Of a stretch of DNA of 32,000 nucleotides, positions 17,380 through 27,593 are shown piece by piece; within the stretch, counting starts at the first letter, position 1; the number at the start of each line of letters is the position of its first letter. Source of the stretch: Pasteurella multocida (lineage in GTDB: Bacteria; Pseudomonadota; Gammaproteobacteria; Enterobacterales; Pasteurellaceae). The stretch is taken from the NCBI RefSeq assembly GCF_900187275.1, contig NZ_LT906458.1, positions 1,350,001 to 1,382,000 on the forward strand, given 5' to 3'. The position numbers and the translations under genes are program-made. Under the pieces are notes generated by a model, which did no database searches, was not told the origin of the DNA, and saw only the letters and a program-made list of their open reading frames with translations.

Positions 17380-17784
17380 TTACATTTCATAGAGTTCTAA
17401 AGGCAAATCATCAGGATCCCGTAGAAACGTAAAACGCTTACCTGTTATCGGATCAACCCTAACGGGTTCACATTCGATATGTTTATCACGTAGAAAATCA
17501 ATAAAACGATCAAGTTGTTCTACTCGGAAAGCTAAGTGACGTAAACCACAAGCTTCAGGATAAGTTAAACGCGTAGGAGAATCTGGAAAAGAAAACAATT
17601 CAATCTGACTACCATCGCGACAACGTAAATCCAATTTATAGCTATTTCGTTCAGATCGATAAGTTTCGTGAATAATTTCTGTACCTAAAATGGTCGTATA
17701 AAAATCTTTCGATTTTAAATAATCAGACGCAATGATAGCAACATGATGAAAGCCTACGATTGACAACGTAATTTCACTCCCCAT
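17380..17784 (-). CDS. yaeR: VOC (glyoxalase/bleomycin-resistance/dioxygenase) family protein, YaeR-like
   Basis: 134 aa. HHVAIIASDY...IELFSFP...PEACGLRHLAFRV...VDPITGKRFTFLRDPDDLPLELYE is collinear with E. coli YaeR as I recall it. The true start could be the in-frame TTG six codons downstream. Confidence 0.8.
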   Translation of the reverse strand: MGSEITLSIVGFHHVAIIASDYLKSKDFYTTILGTEIIHETYRSERNSYKLDLRCRDGSQIELFSFPDSPTRLTYPEACGLRHLAFRVEQLDRFIDFLRDKHIECEPVRVDPITGKRFTFLRDPDDLPLELYEM

Positions 17785-17801
17785 CTAAAATTGATGGACT
17801 A

Positions 17802-17829
17802 ATTATACACATTTTAAAATCAATGTAAA
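17802..17829 (-). promoter_or_regulatory. Sigma-70 promoter of the VOC/secreted/lipoprotein operon
   Basis: On the minus strand there is TTTACA (17829-17824), a 16-nt spacer and a perfect TATAAT (17807-17802), about 18 nt upstream of the ATG at 17784. Confidence 0.55.
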
Positions 17830-17917
17830 ATAAATAGCGCCCTCTCCCGTTTCAACAAAGAAGGCACTCACTATCGACTTTATCAGCATATAACGCGACA
17901 TTTTCGTGATCGCTTAC

Positions 17918-18832
17918 TCACTCTGGCTTACGCTTTGCCCCTTCTTGTGCTTCTTGCGATGCCAGAGCAGAATGAATACTGCGTTCAATTAATGTCACTC
18001 GTGGATCATCTTCAGGTAAAAGACGTAGCATCATCGACCAAGTGACAGCTGCCATTTTATAGTCTTCTATTTCAAAATAACGAAACGCCAATAAGCCTAA
18101 TGCTTCAAGATTACTATGATCTTTCCGAATGACTTCTTTTAACAGCGTGTCCCCTTTAGTTTTATCCGATGTATCTTCTGAAAACATCAGAATTCGTGCA
18201 TAAGATAATTTATATTCAATGTTGTCAGGTTCAAGTTGATGCGCTCTAGCATAGCTATCGAGTGCTAATTGCCCTTTATTCGTATTCATCGCAATTTGCC
18301 CCAGTAACCACCAACTTTTCGCATCACTTGGCTGCTTTTGTAAATGCAAACGAAGTGCGGTAGAAAATTGCTGTAATTCTGACTCATTCAAAGGATGATG
18401 TTGTTCCTCTTTCAAGCGTTCGTGAAAGTGCGGTAATTTTTGGTAGGTTTTTTCCAACATAGCTTCAGCTTGCCATGCGCCAACACTTAAATAAGCACTC
18501 AGCGATAAAATACTTAATGCCAACAAACCCGACACAAACCAGATTTTGCCATAGGTTTTCTGTTCATTCTCATGTTGTTGTGCCGATTCTGGAATATCTT
18601 CTAATAGCGTTTGTTGCAATTCCGTTTTGACTTGCGTGGCATTTTCTAATAAGCCCTGTGCTTCATCACGCTCAATCTCGGCTAAACGTTGAAAATATAA
18701 CGCCTTGTTTAATTCATCACGTTTCACAGTCTGTCTTGTTAAAGACGAGTTCGTACTGGATTTAAGTAACGGATAAAAACAAATGAAGGCGATAAATAAC
18801 GTGAATAACATCACACTTAACCAAAAACTCAT
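17918..18832 (-). CDS. ccmI: CcmI (CycH-like) TPR subunit of the System I heme lyase
   Basis: 304 aa with two N-terminal TM segments and C-terminal TPR-like repeats. It overlaps the ccmH stop by 4 nt. It corresponds to the C-terminal half of E. coli CcmH. Confidence 0.85.
   Translation of the reverse strand: MSFWLSVMLFTLFIAFICFYPLLKSSTNSSLTRQTVKRDELNKALYFQRLAEIERDEAQGLLENATQVKTELQQTLLEDIPESAQQHENEQKTYGKIWFVSGLLALSILSLSAYLSVGAWQAEAMLEKTYQKLPHFHERLKEEQHHPLNESELQQFSTALRLHLQKQPSDAKSWWLLGQIAMNTNKGQLALDSYARAHQLEPDNIEYKLSYARILMFSEDTSDKTKGDTLLKEVIRKDHSNLEALGLLAFRYFEIEDYKMAAVTWSMMLRLLPEDDPRVTLIERSIHSALASQEAQEGAKRKPE
18353..18361 (+). repeat. Hin-type uptake signal sequence core
   Basis: Exact AAGTGCGGT inside ccmI. 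Confidence 0.8.
18426..18434 (+). repeat. Hin-type uptake signal sequence core
   Basis: Exact AAGTGCGGT followed by AATTTTT, inside ccmI. Confidence 0.8.
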
Positions 18833-19293
18833 TCTTTCTTCTCTTGTAATAAACGTTGTAAACGCTGTTTTTGTTCATCACTCAAGCGAGGTTCACTCGC
18901 CTGCGCGGTCACGACTTGCTTAGTATGGCGACGAAATAAAAGCCGAAAACCCAAGATAACGAATAACGCGGGAATGACCCAAAGTGAGACCGTGGCAACG
19001 GTTAACGGGGGATCATAAGTCACAAAATGCCCATAGCGTTCAACCATAAAATTGACAACATCTTGTTTCGATTTGCCTTCTTGTAACAATTCCAAGACTT
19101 TATGCCGCATATCGACTGCAATCGTCGCATTCGAATCGGCAATATTATTGTTTTGACATTGTGGGCAACGTAATTCTTGTGTCAACGCATGATAATCTTT
19201 TTCTTGTTGCGTGGAAGAAAACTGCACTCCTTCAATCGCAGCAAGGCTCGAGAAACTCAAACATAACAAAAAAAGTGCGGTCAATTTTTTCAT
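18829..19293 (-). CDS. ccmH: CcmH cytochrome c-type biogenesis protein
   Basis: 154 aa with a signal peptide, the LRCPQCQNN motif and a C-terminal TM segment. Confidence 0.9.
   Translation of the reverse strand: MKKLTALFLLCLSFSSLAAIEGVQFSSTQQEKDYHALTQELRCPQCQNNNIADSNATIAVDMRHKVLELLQEGKSKQDVVNFMVERYGHFVTYDPPLTVATVSLWVIPALFVILGFRLLFRRHTKQVVTAQASEPRLSDEQKQRLQRLLQEKKE
19273..19281 (+). repeat. Hin-type uptake signal sequence core
   Basis: Exact AAGTGCGGT followed by CAATTTTTT, at the ccmH 5' end. Confidence 0.8.
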
Positions 19294-19838
19294 TATTTTC
19301 TCTCCACCAATTTTTGATAAATCGGCTGGATTTTCTCATCCCACACTTTCTGATTTAAATCCCCCGCATGACGATAATGAATGATACCTTGTCCGTCAAT
19401 GACAAAGGTTTCTGGTGCGCCATAGACCCCTAAATCTAAACCATTTGAGCCGTTTTCATCTTTTAAAACAATCTGATAAGGATTACCCAGATCTTTTAGC
19501 CATTTTATCGCCTGTGCTGACTTATCCTTATAATCAATACCAATAATTGTCACACCTTGTTGTGCCAACTTATTTAAATATTGATGCTCGGCATAGCAGG
19601 TTGGACACCAGGTTGCCCAAACATTTAATAAAATCGGTTTACCTTGCTGAAAAATGTCAATGCCATATTGCTTCTCTTCAAACAAATCCTGTAATGTTCT
19701 CAGCGGAACAGGTTTACCAATTAAGGCTGATTCTAATGCTTTAGGATCATCACCTTGCGCGTTACGCAGAAGCTGAACAGCAAACGCAAAAACCAAAATT
19801 AAGAATAAAATTAAGGGAAAATACAATTTTTTGTTCAT
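19293..19838 (-). CDS. ccmG: CcmG/DsbE thiol:disulfide interchange protein
   Basis: 181 aa with a membrane anchor, a WATWCPTC motif and GAPETFVID. Confidence 0.9.
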   Translation of the reverse strand: MNKKLYFPLILFLILVFAFAVQLLRNAQGDDPKALESALIGKPVPLRTLQDLFEEKQYGIDIFQQGKPILLNVWATWCPTCYAEHQYLNKLAQQGVTIIGIDYKDKSAQAIKWLKDLGNPYQIVLKDENGSNGLDLGVYGAPETFVIDGQGIIHYRHAGDLNQKVWDEKIQPIYQKLVERK

Positions 19839-21790
19839 GCCTGCCCCTTAGTAAATAACTTCCCAAAACGATAACGACGATCAAACATACAGAGTAATCC
19901 ACCTAATGCCATAAAGACACCACCGAACCAAATCCAGCGGATAAACGGCTTATAATATAAACGTAATGCCCAAGCATCTTGTCCTAAGTTTTCCCCCAAT
20001 GCGACGTAAATATCACGTGTAAATCCCCAATCAATCGCAGCTTCAGTCATGGTCATTTTACTCACCGTATAGAAACGTTTTTCAGCAAATAAGATGGCTT
20101 CTACTTGTCCATTACGACGAATATCGACTTGTGCTTTGCCCCCCAAATAATTCGGTCCATTTGCCTCTGTAATGCCTTGGAAAGTAAATTGATAATCCGC
20201 AATTTGTACGCTATCCCCCACATTCATACGTACATCACGCTCCATACTGTAGTTCTGACTAAAAGCAATCCCCCACACAGACATTGCCACACCTAAGTGT
20301 GCCAACACCATGCCCCAATGAGAACGAGAAAGTTTCGTTAATCCAGACCAAAAAGCTGAACGATGTGTGGCGCGTTGTTGCAACTCATACACACTTAACA
20401 ACACGATAAATACCGCCATCATCGTGCCCAATACTGCACTCACCGTCAATTGATCCTGTAAGAGATAAGGCAAGGCGAAACCGGCGACTAACATAACAAT
20501 TAAGCTCAGGATAACCGGTTTACGAATCGCTGAAAATTCATCACGACGCCATTTTATTAACGGTCCGACACCTAATAAAAGTGAGAAAGGCACCATGATG
20601 ATTAAAAACATTTGATCAAAAAACGGCGCGCCGACTGAAATAGTGCCCAACCCCAATTGTTTATGCACCAGTGGTAAGAGCGTACCAAGCAACACAACAG
20701 AAAGTGCACTCATTAAAAGAATATTATTGAGTAACAATGCAGTTTCACGCGAATAGCGTTCGGCATTTTCACGTGAGCGAATTTGGCTGCCTTTATACGC
20801 ATACAGGACGAAGGATCCACCAATGACCACAACGAGATACGCTAGAATATACAGTCCACGGGTAGGATCGGAGGCAAACGCATGCACGGAAACCAAAATC
20901 CCCGAACGCACCAAGAAGGTGCCAAGCAAGCAAAGGGAGAAAGCCAAAATCGCTAATAACACTGTCCAAGCTTTAAAAGAGCCACGTTTTTCTGTGACTG
21001 CTAATGAATGCAACAATGCAGTGCCGGCAATCCAAGGCATGAGTGAGGCATTTTCTACCGGGTCCCAGAACCACCAACCGCCCCAACCGAGTTCATAATA
21101 CGCCCACCAAGAACCTAACACGATCCCTAAGGTTAAGAAAACCCAAGCTGCCATCGTCCAAGGACGTGACCATCTTGCCCAAGCAGTATCCAGTTTTCCA
21201 GTCATTAATGAAGCAATCGCAAAGGCAAACGCGACCGAAAAACCCACATAGCCCATATACAGTAGCGGTGGGTGAAAAATCAACCCTACATCCTGTAATA
21301 AAGGATTGAGTTCTTTCCCATCAACCGGAAAATCCGGAAAGGTGCGGTCAAATGGATTCGAGGTGAATAACACAAAAATCAAGAAACCAATACTAATGAT
21401 CCCCATGATGCCCAACACGCGCGACACGGCTTCTTGTGGTAATTGCTTACTAAACATTGCAACGGCAGCGCCCCATAACGTGAGTAGCCAAATCCACAGT
21501 AACAAAGAACCTTCGTGAGATCCCCAAACCGCCGATAAACGATAATGCAACGGCAAATTCGTGTTCGAGTTATTCACAATGTATTGCACAGAAAAATCAT
21601 TCACCGCAAACAAGTAAAACAACGCAACAAAAGCCACCGTTAAACTGATAAAGAGCCCATAAGTCATGGGGCGCGCTAACGACATCAGTTGTATATGATT
21701 TTTTTCTGCGCCCCACAAGGCAAAAATTGCCACTAGCATCGCGATGGCAAGACTTAACGCTAAAGCATAATTTCCTAATTCAGCGATCAT
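19835..21790 (-). CDS. ccmF: CcmF heme lyase
   Basis: 651 aa polytopic protein with the [18 protein letters not shown] motif. It overlaps the ccmE stop by 4 nt. Confidence 0.95.
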   Translation of the reverse strand: MIAELGNYALALSLAIAMLVAIFALWGAEKNHIQLMSLARPMTYGLFISLTVAFVALFYLFAVNDFSVQYIVNNSNTNLPLHYRLSAVWGSHEGSLLLWIWLLTLWGAAVAMFSKQLPQEAVSRVLGIMGIISIGFLIFVLFTSNPFDRTFPDFPVDGKELNPLLQDVGLIFHPPLLYMGYVGFSVAFAFAIASLMTGKLDTAWARWSRPWTMAAWVFLTLGIVLGSWWAYYELGWGGWWFWDPVENASLMPWIAGTALLHSLAVTEKRGSFKAWTVLLAILAFSLCLLGTFLVRSGILVSVHAFASDPTRGLYILAYLVVVIGGSFVLYAYKGSQIRSRENAERYSRETALLLNNILLMSALSVVLLGTLLPLVHKQLGLGTISVGAPFFDQMFLIIMVPFSLLLGVGPLIKWRRDEFSAIRKPVILSLIVMLVAGFALPYLLQDQLTVSAVLGTMMAVFIVLLSVYELQQRATHRSAFWSGLTKLSRSHWGMVLAHLGVAMSVWGIAFSQNYSMERDVRMNVGDSVQIADYQFTFQGITEANGPNYLGGKAQVDIRRNGQVEAILFAEKRFYTVSKMTMTEAAIDWGFTRDIYVALGENLGQDAWALRLYYKPFIRWIWFGGVFMALGGLLCMFDRRYRFGKLFTKGQA

Positions 21791-22326
21791 TTTTGACCTT
21801 CTTGCATCGATGTTTTCTGGTAAGCTTTTTCTTGACGATCTCGCTCGCTTTCCCCTTTCAAATCAGCGACCCCCATAGGTTTATGTACTTTTTGCATTTG
21901 TGCATCTAATTCTGGTGGTACATAATTTTCATCATGTTTAGCTAATACTTCTGTAGCTTCCAGTAAGGTTGGTGTTTTTAATACGCCTTGTGCCACGATC
22001 CCTTGTCCTTCTCGGAATAAATCAGGCAGAATGCCTTCATATTCCACACTGATGGAAGGTCCAATATCATTGAGATCAAATTTGACTTTCAAGCTCTTTG
22101 GATCACGTTCTACTGTACCAGCCACAACCATGCCCCCCACACGAATACGTTGTCCTACGCTAGGTTTCTGAGTTGCGTCTTCATTCTTACCATACACCAC
22201 TTCTGTTGGGGTATAAAATAAATCAATATTTTGGCGTAATGCATAGAGCACTAAGGCAGAAGCAATAGAAATCCCGAGTAATACAAATAAAATCACAGTC
22301 ATTCTTGACTTACGTCTTGGAGTCAT
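21787..22326 (-). CDS. ccmE: CcmE heme chaperone
   Basis: 179 aa with an N-terminal anchor and the heme-binding histidine motif [12 protein letters not shown]. Confidence 0.95.
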   Translation of the reverse strand: MTPRRKSRMTVILFVLLGISIASALVLYALRQNIDLFYTPTEVVYGKNEDATQKPSVGQRIRVGGMVVAGTVERDPKSLKVKFDLNDIGPSISVEYEGILPDLFREGQGIVAQGVLKTPTLLEATEVLAKHDENYVPPELDAQMQKVHKPMGVADLKGESERDRQEKAYQKTSMQEGQK

Positions 22327-22526
22327 AGCGCACCTCTTGTTTTATTCTTTTGTAAACGTGCTTGGCGTTGCTGTTCACGCAGTACATCACGCAAAATCGC
22401 TTTTCTCTCCTTCACACTTTGTACAATTAATACAACAATCGCTAACAAGCTGATGCCATAGGCTAGCCACACATAAAAACCGTAGCCACCCATATTGAAA
22501 AAATCCTGCCAAGTTGCAAAAAACAT
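22323..22526 (-). CDS. ccmD: CcmD heme exporter accessory protein
   Basis: I place the start at the ATG at 22526 (GGGGGAGAG RBS), giving 67 aa beginning [24 protein letters not shown] with a single TM segment. The ORF-track start at 22577 would overlap ccmC. Confidence 0.85.
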   Translation of the reverse strand: MFFATWQDFFNMGGYGFYVWLAYGISLLAIVVLIVQSVKERKAILRDVLREQQRQARLQKNKTRGAL

Positions 22527-22543
22527 ATTATCTCTCCCCCAGC

Positions 22544-23284
22544 CTATTTGAGTTTTGTGGCTAATTCTTGTACCCAAGGACGCTTATAGTCTTCTTTCAG
22601 TAGCGCACTACGATAGCGGATTAGCGTCAACCAAATGTATAACATCATAAAACCAAAAATACAGAGAATCAGTGGAATTAACATGGGGGTCGCAATTGAA
22701 GGCTTCTCAAATTTCGTAATGCTCGCCCCTTGATGTAGGGTATTCCACCACTCTACTGAAAAATGAATGATCGGTAAATTAATCACCCCCACTAAACACA
22801 GGACACCTGCTGCTTTTGCGCCAATAGCACGATCTTGAAAGGCTGAATAAAGTGCCATCACCCCTAAATACAGGAAAAATAAAATCAATTCTGAGGTCAA
22901 ACGGGCATCCCATACCCACCAAGTGCCCCACATTGGTTTACCCCACACGGCACCAGTAACCAAAGCTAAAAAAGTAAACAATGCACCAATCGGTGCCATC
23001 GCTATCATGGCTAAGTGCGCCTGTTTGATTTGCCATACTAACGCAATAAAAGCCGCAATTGCCATTGAACCATACACGCCCATCGACCAAATTGCGGTGG
23101 GTACATGCACATACATGATCCGAAAACTATTGCCTTGTTGATAATCTGCTGGGGCAAATGCCAGCCCCCACACGACGCCCACGCCTAATAAAAGTGCGCT
23201 CAGTAATGCCGTTAAGGGTAAAAATTTACCGCACAAGTGATACTGTGTTTCTGATTTTGCATAAGGATGTAACCATTTCCACAT
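22544..23284 (-). CDS. ccmC: CcmC heme exporter protein
   Basis: 246 aa with the WGTWWVWDARLTS tryptophan-rich motif. Confidence 0.95.
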   Translation of the reverse strand: MWKWLHPYAKSETQYHLCGKFLPLTALLSALLLGVGVVWGLAFAPADYQQGNSFRIMYVHVPTAIWSMGVYGSMAIAAFIALVWQIKQAHLAMIAMAPIGALFTFLALVTGAVWGKPMWGTWWVWDARLTSELILFFLYLGVMALYSAFQDRAIGAKAAGVLCLVGVINLPIIHFSVEWWNTLHQGASITKFEKPSIATPMLIPLILCIFGFMMLYIWLTLIRYRSALLKEDYKRPWVQELATKLK

Positions 23285-23296
23285 AATGCCTTCCTT

Positions 23297-23962
23297 TTAT
23301 TGATCTAAGCTAATTCGTAATGCAGCCGCAATAGCAAACGGCGATAATGTTACAGAGCCGGCTAAAATAGCGCCTAAAATGGCTAATTGCCCACTGTAAG
23401 GTAGGCTTAAACTGGCAGCTTCTAACACAGAAGCCGAAAAAATTAAAACGGGAATAAATAACGGCACAACTAATAAACTTAATAACACGCCGCCTTTACG
23501 TAATCCAACGGTCAACGCCACACCAATCGCGCCAAGACAACTTAAAACTGGTGTACCTATAAACAAAGTTAATACTAATGCCCACCAAATTTGAATCTCT
23601 AAGGAGAGAAGTAGTGCCGCAATCGGCGATAATAAAATTAAAGGAAATCCTGTTAATAGCCAGTGTGCAATGACTTTAGCTAAGGCTGTTAATGCAAGTG
23701 GTTGCGCTGTTAGCATTAATTGTTCCAAAGAACCATCTACAAAATCATCACGAAATAAGCGCTCAAATGAGAGTAACGCTGACAATAATGCAGCAACCCA
23801 TGTAATACCAGAGGCAATACGTGATAATAATTTAGGCTCAGGTCCTATCACTAAAGGAAATAGTGTAATTACAATCAAAAAGAACCACAGCGGGTTTAAA
23901 ATTTCCGCTTGTTTGCGCATAGCAATATAGAGTTCCCGTTTGATAATCTGAATAAATATCAT
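23297..23962 (-). CDS. ccmB: CcmB heme exporter permease
   Basis: 221 aa with six hydrophobic segments, positioned between ccmA and ccmC. Confidence 0.9.
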   Translation of the reverse strand: MIFIQIIKRELYIAMRKQAEILNPLWFFLIVITLFPLVIGPEPKLLSRIASGITWVAALLSALLSFERLFRDDFVDGSLEQLMLTAQPLALTALAKVIAHWLLTGFPLILLSPIAALLLSLEIQIWWALVLTLFIGTPVLSCLGAIGVALTVGLRKGGVLLSLLVVPLFIPVLIFSASVLEAASLSLPYSGQLAILGAILAGSVTLSPFAIAAALRISLDQ

Positions 23963-24025
23963 ATAGTTACTTAATTTATCTTCCCTAACCTATTCATTTT
24001 ATGAGTCACTTACCTCACTCACAAA

Positions 24026-24667
24026 TTAATCCATAAATTTATAGTTTTCTAACCGCACTTTAGTTAATAAATGACTTTGCACATCTTGATGGCTAGTGAA
24101 AATCACCATTCCCCCTTTTTGAACATGTTGTTCAAAAAGCGCAGTTAAAACTTGTACACCTTTTTTATCGATTGCTGTAAAAGGTTCATCTAAAATCCAC
24201 AGTGGTGCTTTGGACAACCATAATCGTGCTAATGCAATACGTCGTTGTTGACCTGCTGAGAGCTGAGCAGCAGGAATATCCTCACGTCCTAATAACCCGA
24301 CGGTTTCTAACACTTGCCACAATATCTCTTCACCCTGTTCACTTGCACTAATATGTTGATAAAATTTCAAATTTTCCCAAGCTGTTAACTCTGGTTTAAT
24401 ACCTGAATGATGACCTAAATAGAGTAAATTATATTGATACTCTTCACGTTGTTTTTGAATTAATTCGCTATTCCAGAAAATATTTCCTTCAAGTTGTTGA
24501 GCCAAACCGACTAAAATACGTAATAAACTGGTTTTCCCGATACCATTATGCCCTTCAATTTGTATAAAATCGCCACTATTCACAGTTAAATTTAAGGCTG
24601 TAAATAATATTTTGTCACCACGCTGACAAGCTAGCTTTTCCGTTTTTAATTGATAAGTTTTTTGCAT
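24026..24667 (-). CDS. ccmA: CcmA ABC-type heme exporter ATP-binding protein
   Basis: 213 aa with Walker [10 protein letters not shown], the ABC signature LSAGQQRR and Walker B LWILDEP. Confidence 0.95.
   Translation of the reverse strand: MQKTYQLKTEKLACQRGDKILFTALNLTVNSGDFIQIEGHNGIGKTSLLRILVGLAQQLEGNIFWNSELIQKQREEYQYNLLYLGHHSGIKPELTAWENLKFYQHISASEQGEEILWQVLETVGLLGREDIPAAQLSAGQQRRIALARLWLSKAPLWILDEPFTAIDKKGVQVLTALFEQHVQKGGMVIFTSHQDVQSHLLTKVRLENYKFMD
24052..24060 (-). repeat. Hin-type uptake signal sequence core
   Basis: Exact ACCGCACTT at the ccmA 3' end. Confidence 0.8.
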
Positions 24668-24815
24668 AATTAATCAATTCCACCTATTAATGGCTCGCAT
24701 TCTATCATAAGCAATTCACTTGGCGTAGTCATTGCGCTTATAAAAGGCTACCTCTTTAGAGGTGTATCATAGGGTTTATTGATTTAAAACAAAAGTTATG
24801 ATTTCTAACAAAAAA

Positions 24816-24840
24816 ATCGCCTATTTATTCAATAGGCGAT
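24816..24840. terminator. Bidirectional rho-independent terminator downstream of the kef gene
   Basis: A perfect 10-bp stem, ATCGCCTATT (24816-24825) with AATAGGCGAT (24831-24840). An A6 run (A7 counting the first stem base) lies on one side and TTTATTT on the other. Confidence 0.75.
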
Positions 24841-24883
24841 TTTATTTAAACAAAATTGATTTACTAACTTATAGGTTCGTTAT

Positions 24884-26686
24884 TCACTTTATTTTTTCTT
24901 CTTCAAGCAATATTTGTATCATTTCTGCGATTTTCTGATCTTGTAACTTCCCTTCTTCTAGCATAGCCTCATTCGCAAAGAGTGATAATTCTGGATCATA
25001 TAAACTCGCCATTTTCCCCATACCATTACGATCCATTCTAAAATAAAGCTCACCTACTTTCTCAGCCGTTTCTTTTGGCATTCCTAAATATTCTAATGTA
25101 CGTTTACCTGAACGCACTGCTGAGTCAAAGGTTTCACGAATAATATCATTTACACCTTTACCATATAACCTAAAAGTATGTACTCGATCATAAGAGCGAA
25201 CAACAAGTTTAATATTTGGATTGACTTCTCTTGCAAATTCAACGATTCTCAATGTCAGCTCAGGATTATCAATCGCAACTACTAACACTTTTGCATCTTC
25301 AATCCCAGCCTTTAACAAGAGTTCGGGACGACTTGCATCGCCAAAATAAGCTTTAATCCCATATTTATTAATGCCCGAAATTGTCGTTTCATCCATATCA
25401 ATAATGGTAACTTTATAACCGCTAAACTGTAAAATACGATTAATAACTTGCCCAAAACGCCCCATTCCAACTAATAATACAGAATGTTTCTCATCAACAT
25501 TGTCTGCCTCTCGCAATGTTTTTACTTTAGGTTTCAAAAATCTTTGCTGTAAAACTAACAGTAATGGAGTAATTGCCATTGATAATACGACAATTGCTGT
25601 CATATTGGCATTATCTACTTCACTTAACACGCCTTGTGAAGTAGCGGCAGAATAAAGTACAAAAGCAAATTCACCACCTTGCGCCATTAAAAAAGCACGA
25701 TCAATCGCCTCTTGATGATCGCTTTTTGCAATACGAGCCACACCATAAATTGTGGCAAATTTCACAATCATTAAAATGATTACACCTGATAAGATCAGAA
25801 ACCAACTATCTACCACAACCGCCAAATCTAGCGCCATGCCTACGCCTAGGAAAAATAAACCTAACAGTAAACCTCTGAAAGGTTCTACGTCAGCTTCTAA
25901 TTGATGGCGAAAACTAGACTCAGATAATAAAACTCCTGCTAAAAATGCCCCCATTGCCATTGAAAGCCCACCCCACTCCATCAATAAAGCTGAACCTAAT
26001 ACAACCAATAGCGCAGCAGCTGTCATGACTTCTCTTGCTTTATAACGTGCTAAAATTTTAAATAATGGGTTTAATAGCCAACGACCAATGATAACTAAAA
26101 TAGTAATTGACAATAAAGAAATACCAATACTTTGCCACAAAGGTGTATCACTTTCAGTATGAATAGGAGAAAGGAAAGAAACTATCACTAACAATGGAAC
26201 AATGAGCAAATCTTCGAATAATAATACAGAAACAATTTTTTGCCCACTTGAAGTAGAAAGCTGATTACGTTCTGCCAATTCGGACATAACAATAGCCGTT
26301 GAGGTCAACACAAAGCCTGAAGCACTGACGAAAGAAACAGGTAATGAAAAACCAAATGCAACCCCTACTCCTGTTAACAATACTGCTGCTAAAATAACCT
26401 GTAAGCTACCTAAACCAAAAATTTGCTTACGTAAATGCCATAAATGCGAAGGATGCATTTCAAGCCCGATGACAAATAGAAAGATGACTACGCCCAATTC
26501 AGCGACATGTAAAATTGCCTGTGGATCTGTAAATAAACCAAAACCAAATGGTCCAATAATAAGCCCTGCGGCTAAATAACCTAATACCGATCCTAATCCT
26601 AAACGCTTAAACAAAGGTACTGCAATCACTGCCGCCCCTAATAATGCAACGACTTGTACTAAGCTACTGGCTCCTTCAGCTGCCAT
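24884..26686 (-). CDS. kefB: KefB/KefC-family glutathione-gated K+ efflux protein (CPA2 antiporter with a C-terminal RCK/TrkA-N domain)
   Basis: 600 aa. The N-terminal LGSVLGYLAAGLIIGP, the central SSFRHQLEADVEPFRGLLLGLFFLGVGMALDL and the Rossmann motif VGMGRFGQ are collinear with E. coli KefB as I recall it. Confidence 0.8.
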   Translation of the reverse strand: MAAEGASSLVQVVALLGAAVIAVPLFKRLGLGSVLGYLAAGLIIGPFGFGLFTDPQAILHVAELGVVIFLFVIGLEMHPSHLWHLRKQIFGLGSLQVILAAVLLTGVGVAFGFSLPVSFVSASGFVLTSTAIVMSELAERNQLSTSSGQKIVSVLLFEDLLIVPLLVIVSFLSPIHTESDTPLWQSIGISLLSITILVIIGRWLLNPLFKILARYKAREVMTAAALLVVLGSALLMEWGGLSMAMGAFLAGVLLSESSFRHQLEADVEPFRGLLLGLFFLGVGMALDLAVVVDSWFLILSGVIILMIVKFATIYGVARIAKSDHQEAIDRAFLMAQGGEFAFVLYSAATSQGVLSEVDNANMTAIVVLSMAITPLLLVLQQRFLKPKVKTLREADNVDEKHSVLLVGMGRFGQVINRILQFSGYKVTIIDMDETTISGINKYGIKAYFGDASRPELLLKAGIEDAKVLVVAIDNPELTLRIVEFAREVNPNIKLVVRSYDRVHTFRLYGKGVNDIIRETFDSAVRSGKRTLEYLGMPKETAEKVGELYFRMDRNGMGKMASLYDPELSLFANEAMLEEGKLQDQKIAEMIQILLEEEKIK

Positions 26687-27051
26687 CTTTTTCTCCTATA
26701 ATATATTCAATGAAAAGTGTGCGTATTCTAGCTTTTTTACTAAAAAAATCCATATACAGGTTAAACAGCTTAAATGAACAAACTAAAAATAAACCGCATT
26801 TTTTCACAAAATAACTGCTGATTGTTGCATGAAAAACAAGCAATCATCTCTTACTGATAAATGTCTGGCTATGTCTATTACATAATACACTTTCTATCAA
26901 AACTGTATCTGTCTATGTGATTTTGTGTCGATATGTTAAATTAGTCATTGTTCATGACTTACTCACTCTTTCTCTCGATATATTGTATCAAAGGTAAGGA
27001 TTACAAAATATGAACACTTAAAATTTAACCACTGAATTTAAGGAAGGAATC

Positions 27052-27582
27052 ATGAAAGTAGCATTAGTATTAGGCAGCATTAGTCAGAAATCAATGACAC
27101 ATAAGATCGCACAATTTATCGTGAAGCAATTCCCAGAAGATATACAATGTGATGTTGTACAAATTCAGGATCTACCTCTTTATACACAAGATCTTGACAG
27201 TATCACTGTCCCTGTTTATGAGCGTGTACGTGAACAATTAAAAACAGCAGATGCCGTATTAATCGTCACACCTGAACATAACCGTAGCGTACCTGCTTCT
27301 CTCAAAAACTTACTTGATATTGGCAGCAGACCATCTGGACAAAATGTATGGGCGGGTAAAAAAGTTGCTGTTGCAACTGCCTCTCCCGGCTCATACGGCG
27401 GTATCAACTCAGGCTTACATACACGTCAAATCCTTCAGGCACTAGGCAGTAATGTACTGAGTGCGGAAGTCTACTTAAGCCAAGCACATACTGCATTGAG
27501 TGAAGAGGGAAAAGTTACAAATGAACGTACAGCTGGATTCTTAGCTAAATTTGCCGCTAATTTTGTCACTTTCATAAAATAA
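27052..27582 (+). CDS. NADPH-dependent FMN reductase family protein (ChrR/YieF-like)
   Basis: 176 aa. It has the N-terminal flavodoxin-like loop LVLGSISQKS and the block TPEHNRSVPASLKNLLD typical of the FMN_red family. An AAGGAAGGA RBS is present. Confidence 0.8.
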   Translation: MKVALVLGSISQKSMTHKIAQFIVKQFPEDIQCDVVQIQDLPLYTQDLDSITVPVYERVREQLKTADAVLIVTPEHNRSVPASLKNLLDIGSRPSGQNVWAGKKVAVATASPGSYGGINSGLHTRQILQALGSNVLSAEVYLSQAHTALSEEGKVTNERTAGFLAKFAANFVTFIK

Positions 27583-27593
27583 GGAGATTGTTC

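Noticed and set aside
21787-21900. CcmE C-terminal tail about 20 aa longer than in E. coli
   Set aside because: The tail is a charged, low-complexity extension after the conserved HDENYVPPE motif. Such tails vary in length among CcmE proteins, so it is not evidence of a new function.
23963-24025. 63-bp gap between ccmA and ccmB, where E. coli has overlapping genes
   Set aside because: No hairpin, repeat or ORF was seen in the gap. It is probably ordinary spacing variation.
24779-24792. FNR-like site TTGAT-TTAA-AACAA (9/10) upstream of ccmA
   Set aside because: It is a good sequence match, but no -10 hexamer lies at the about 22-nt distance needed for a class II promoter. The nearest candidates are 7, about 20 or 36 nt away. 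I note it as a possible site only and do not call it.
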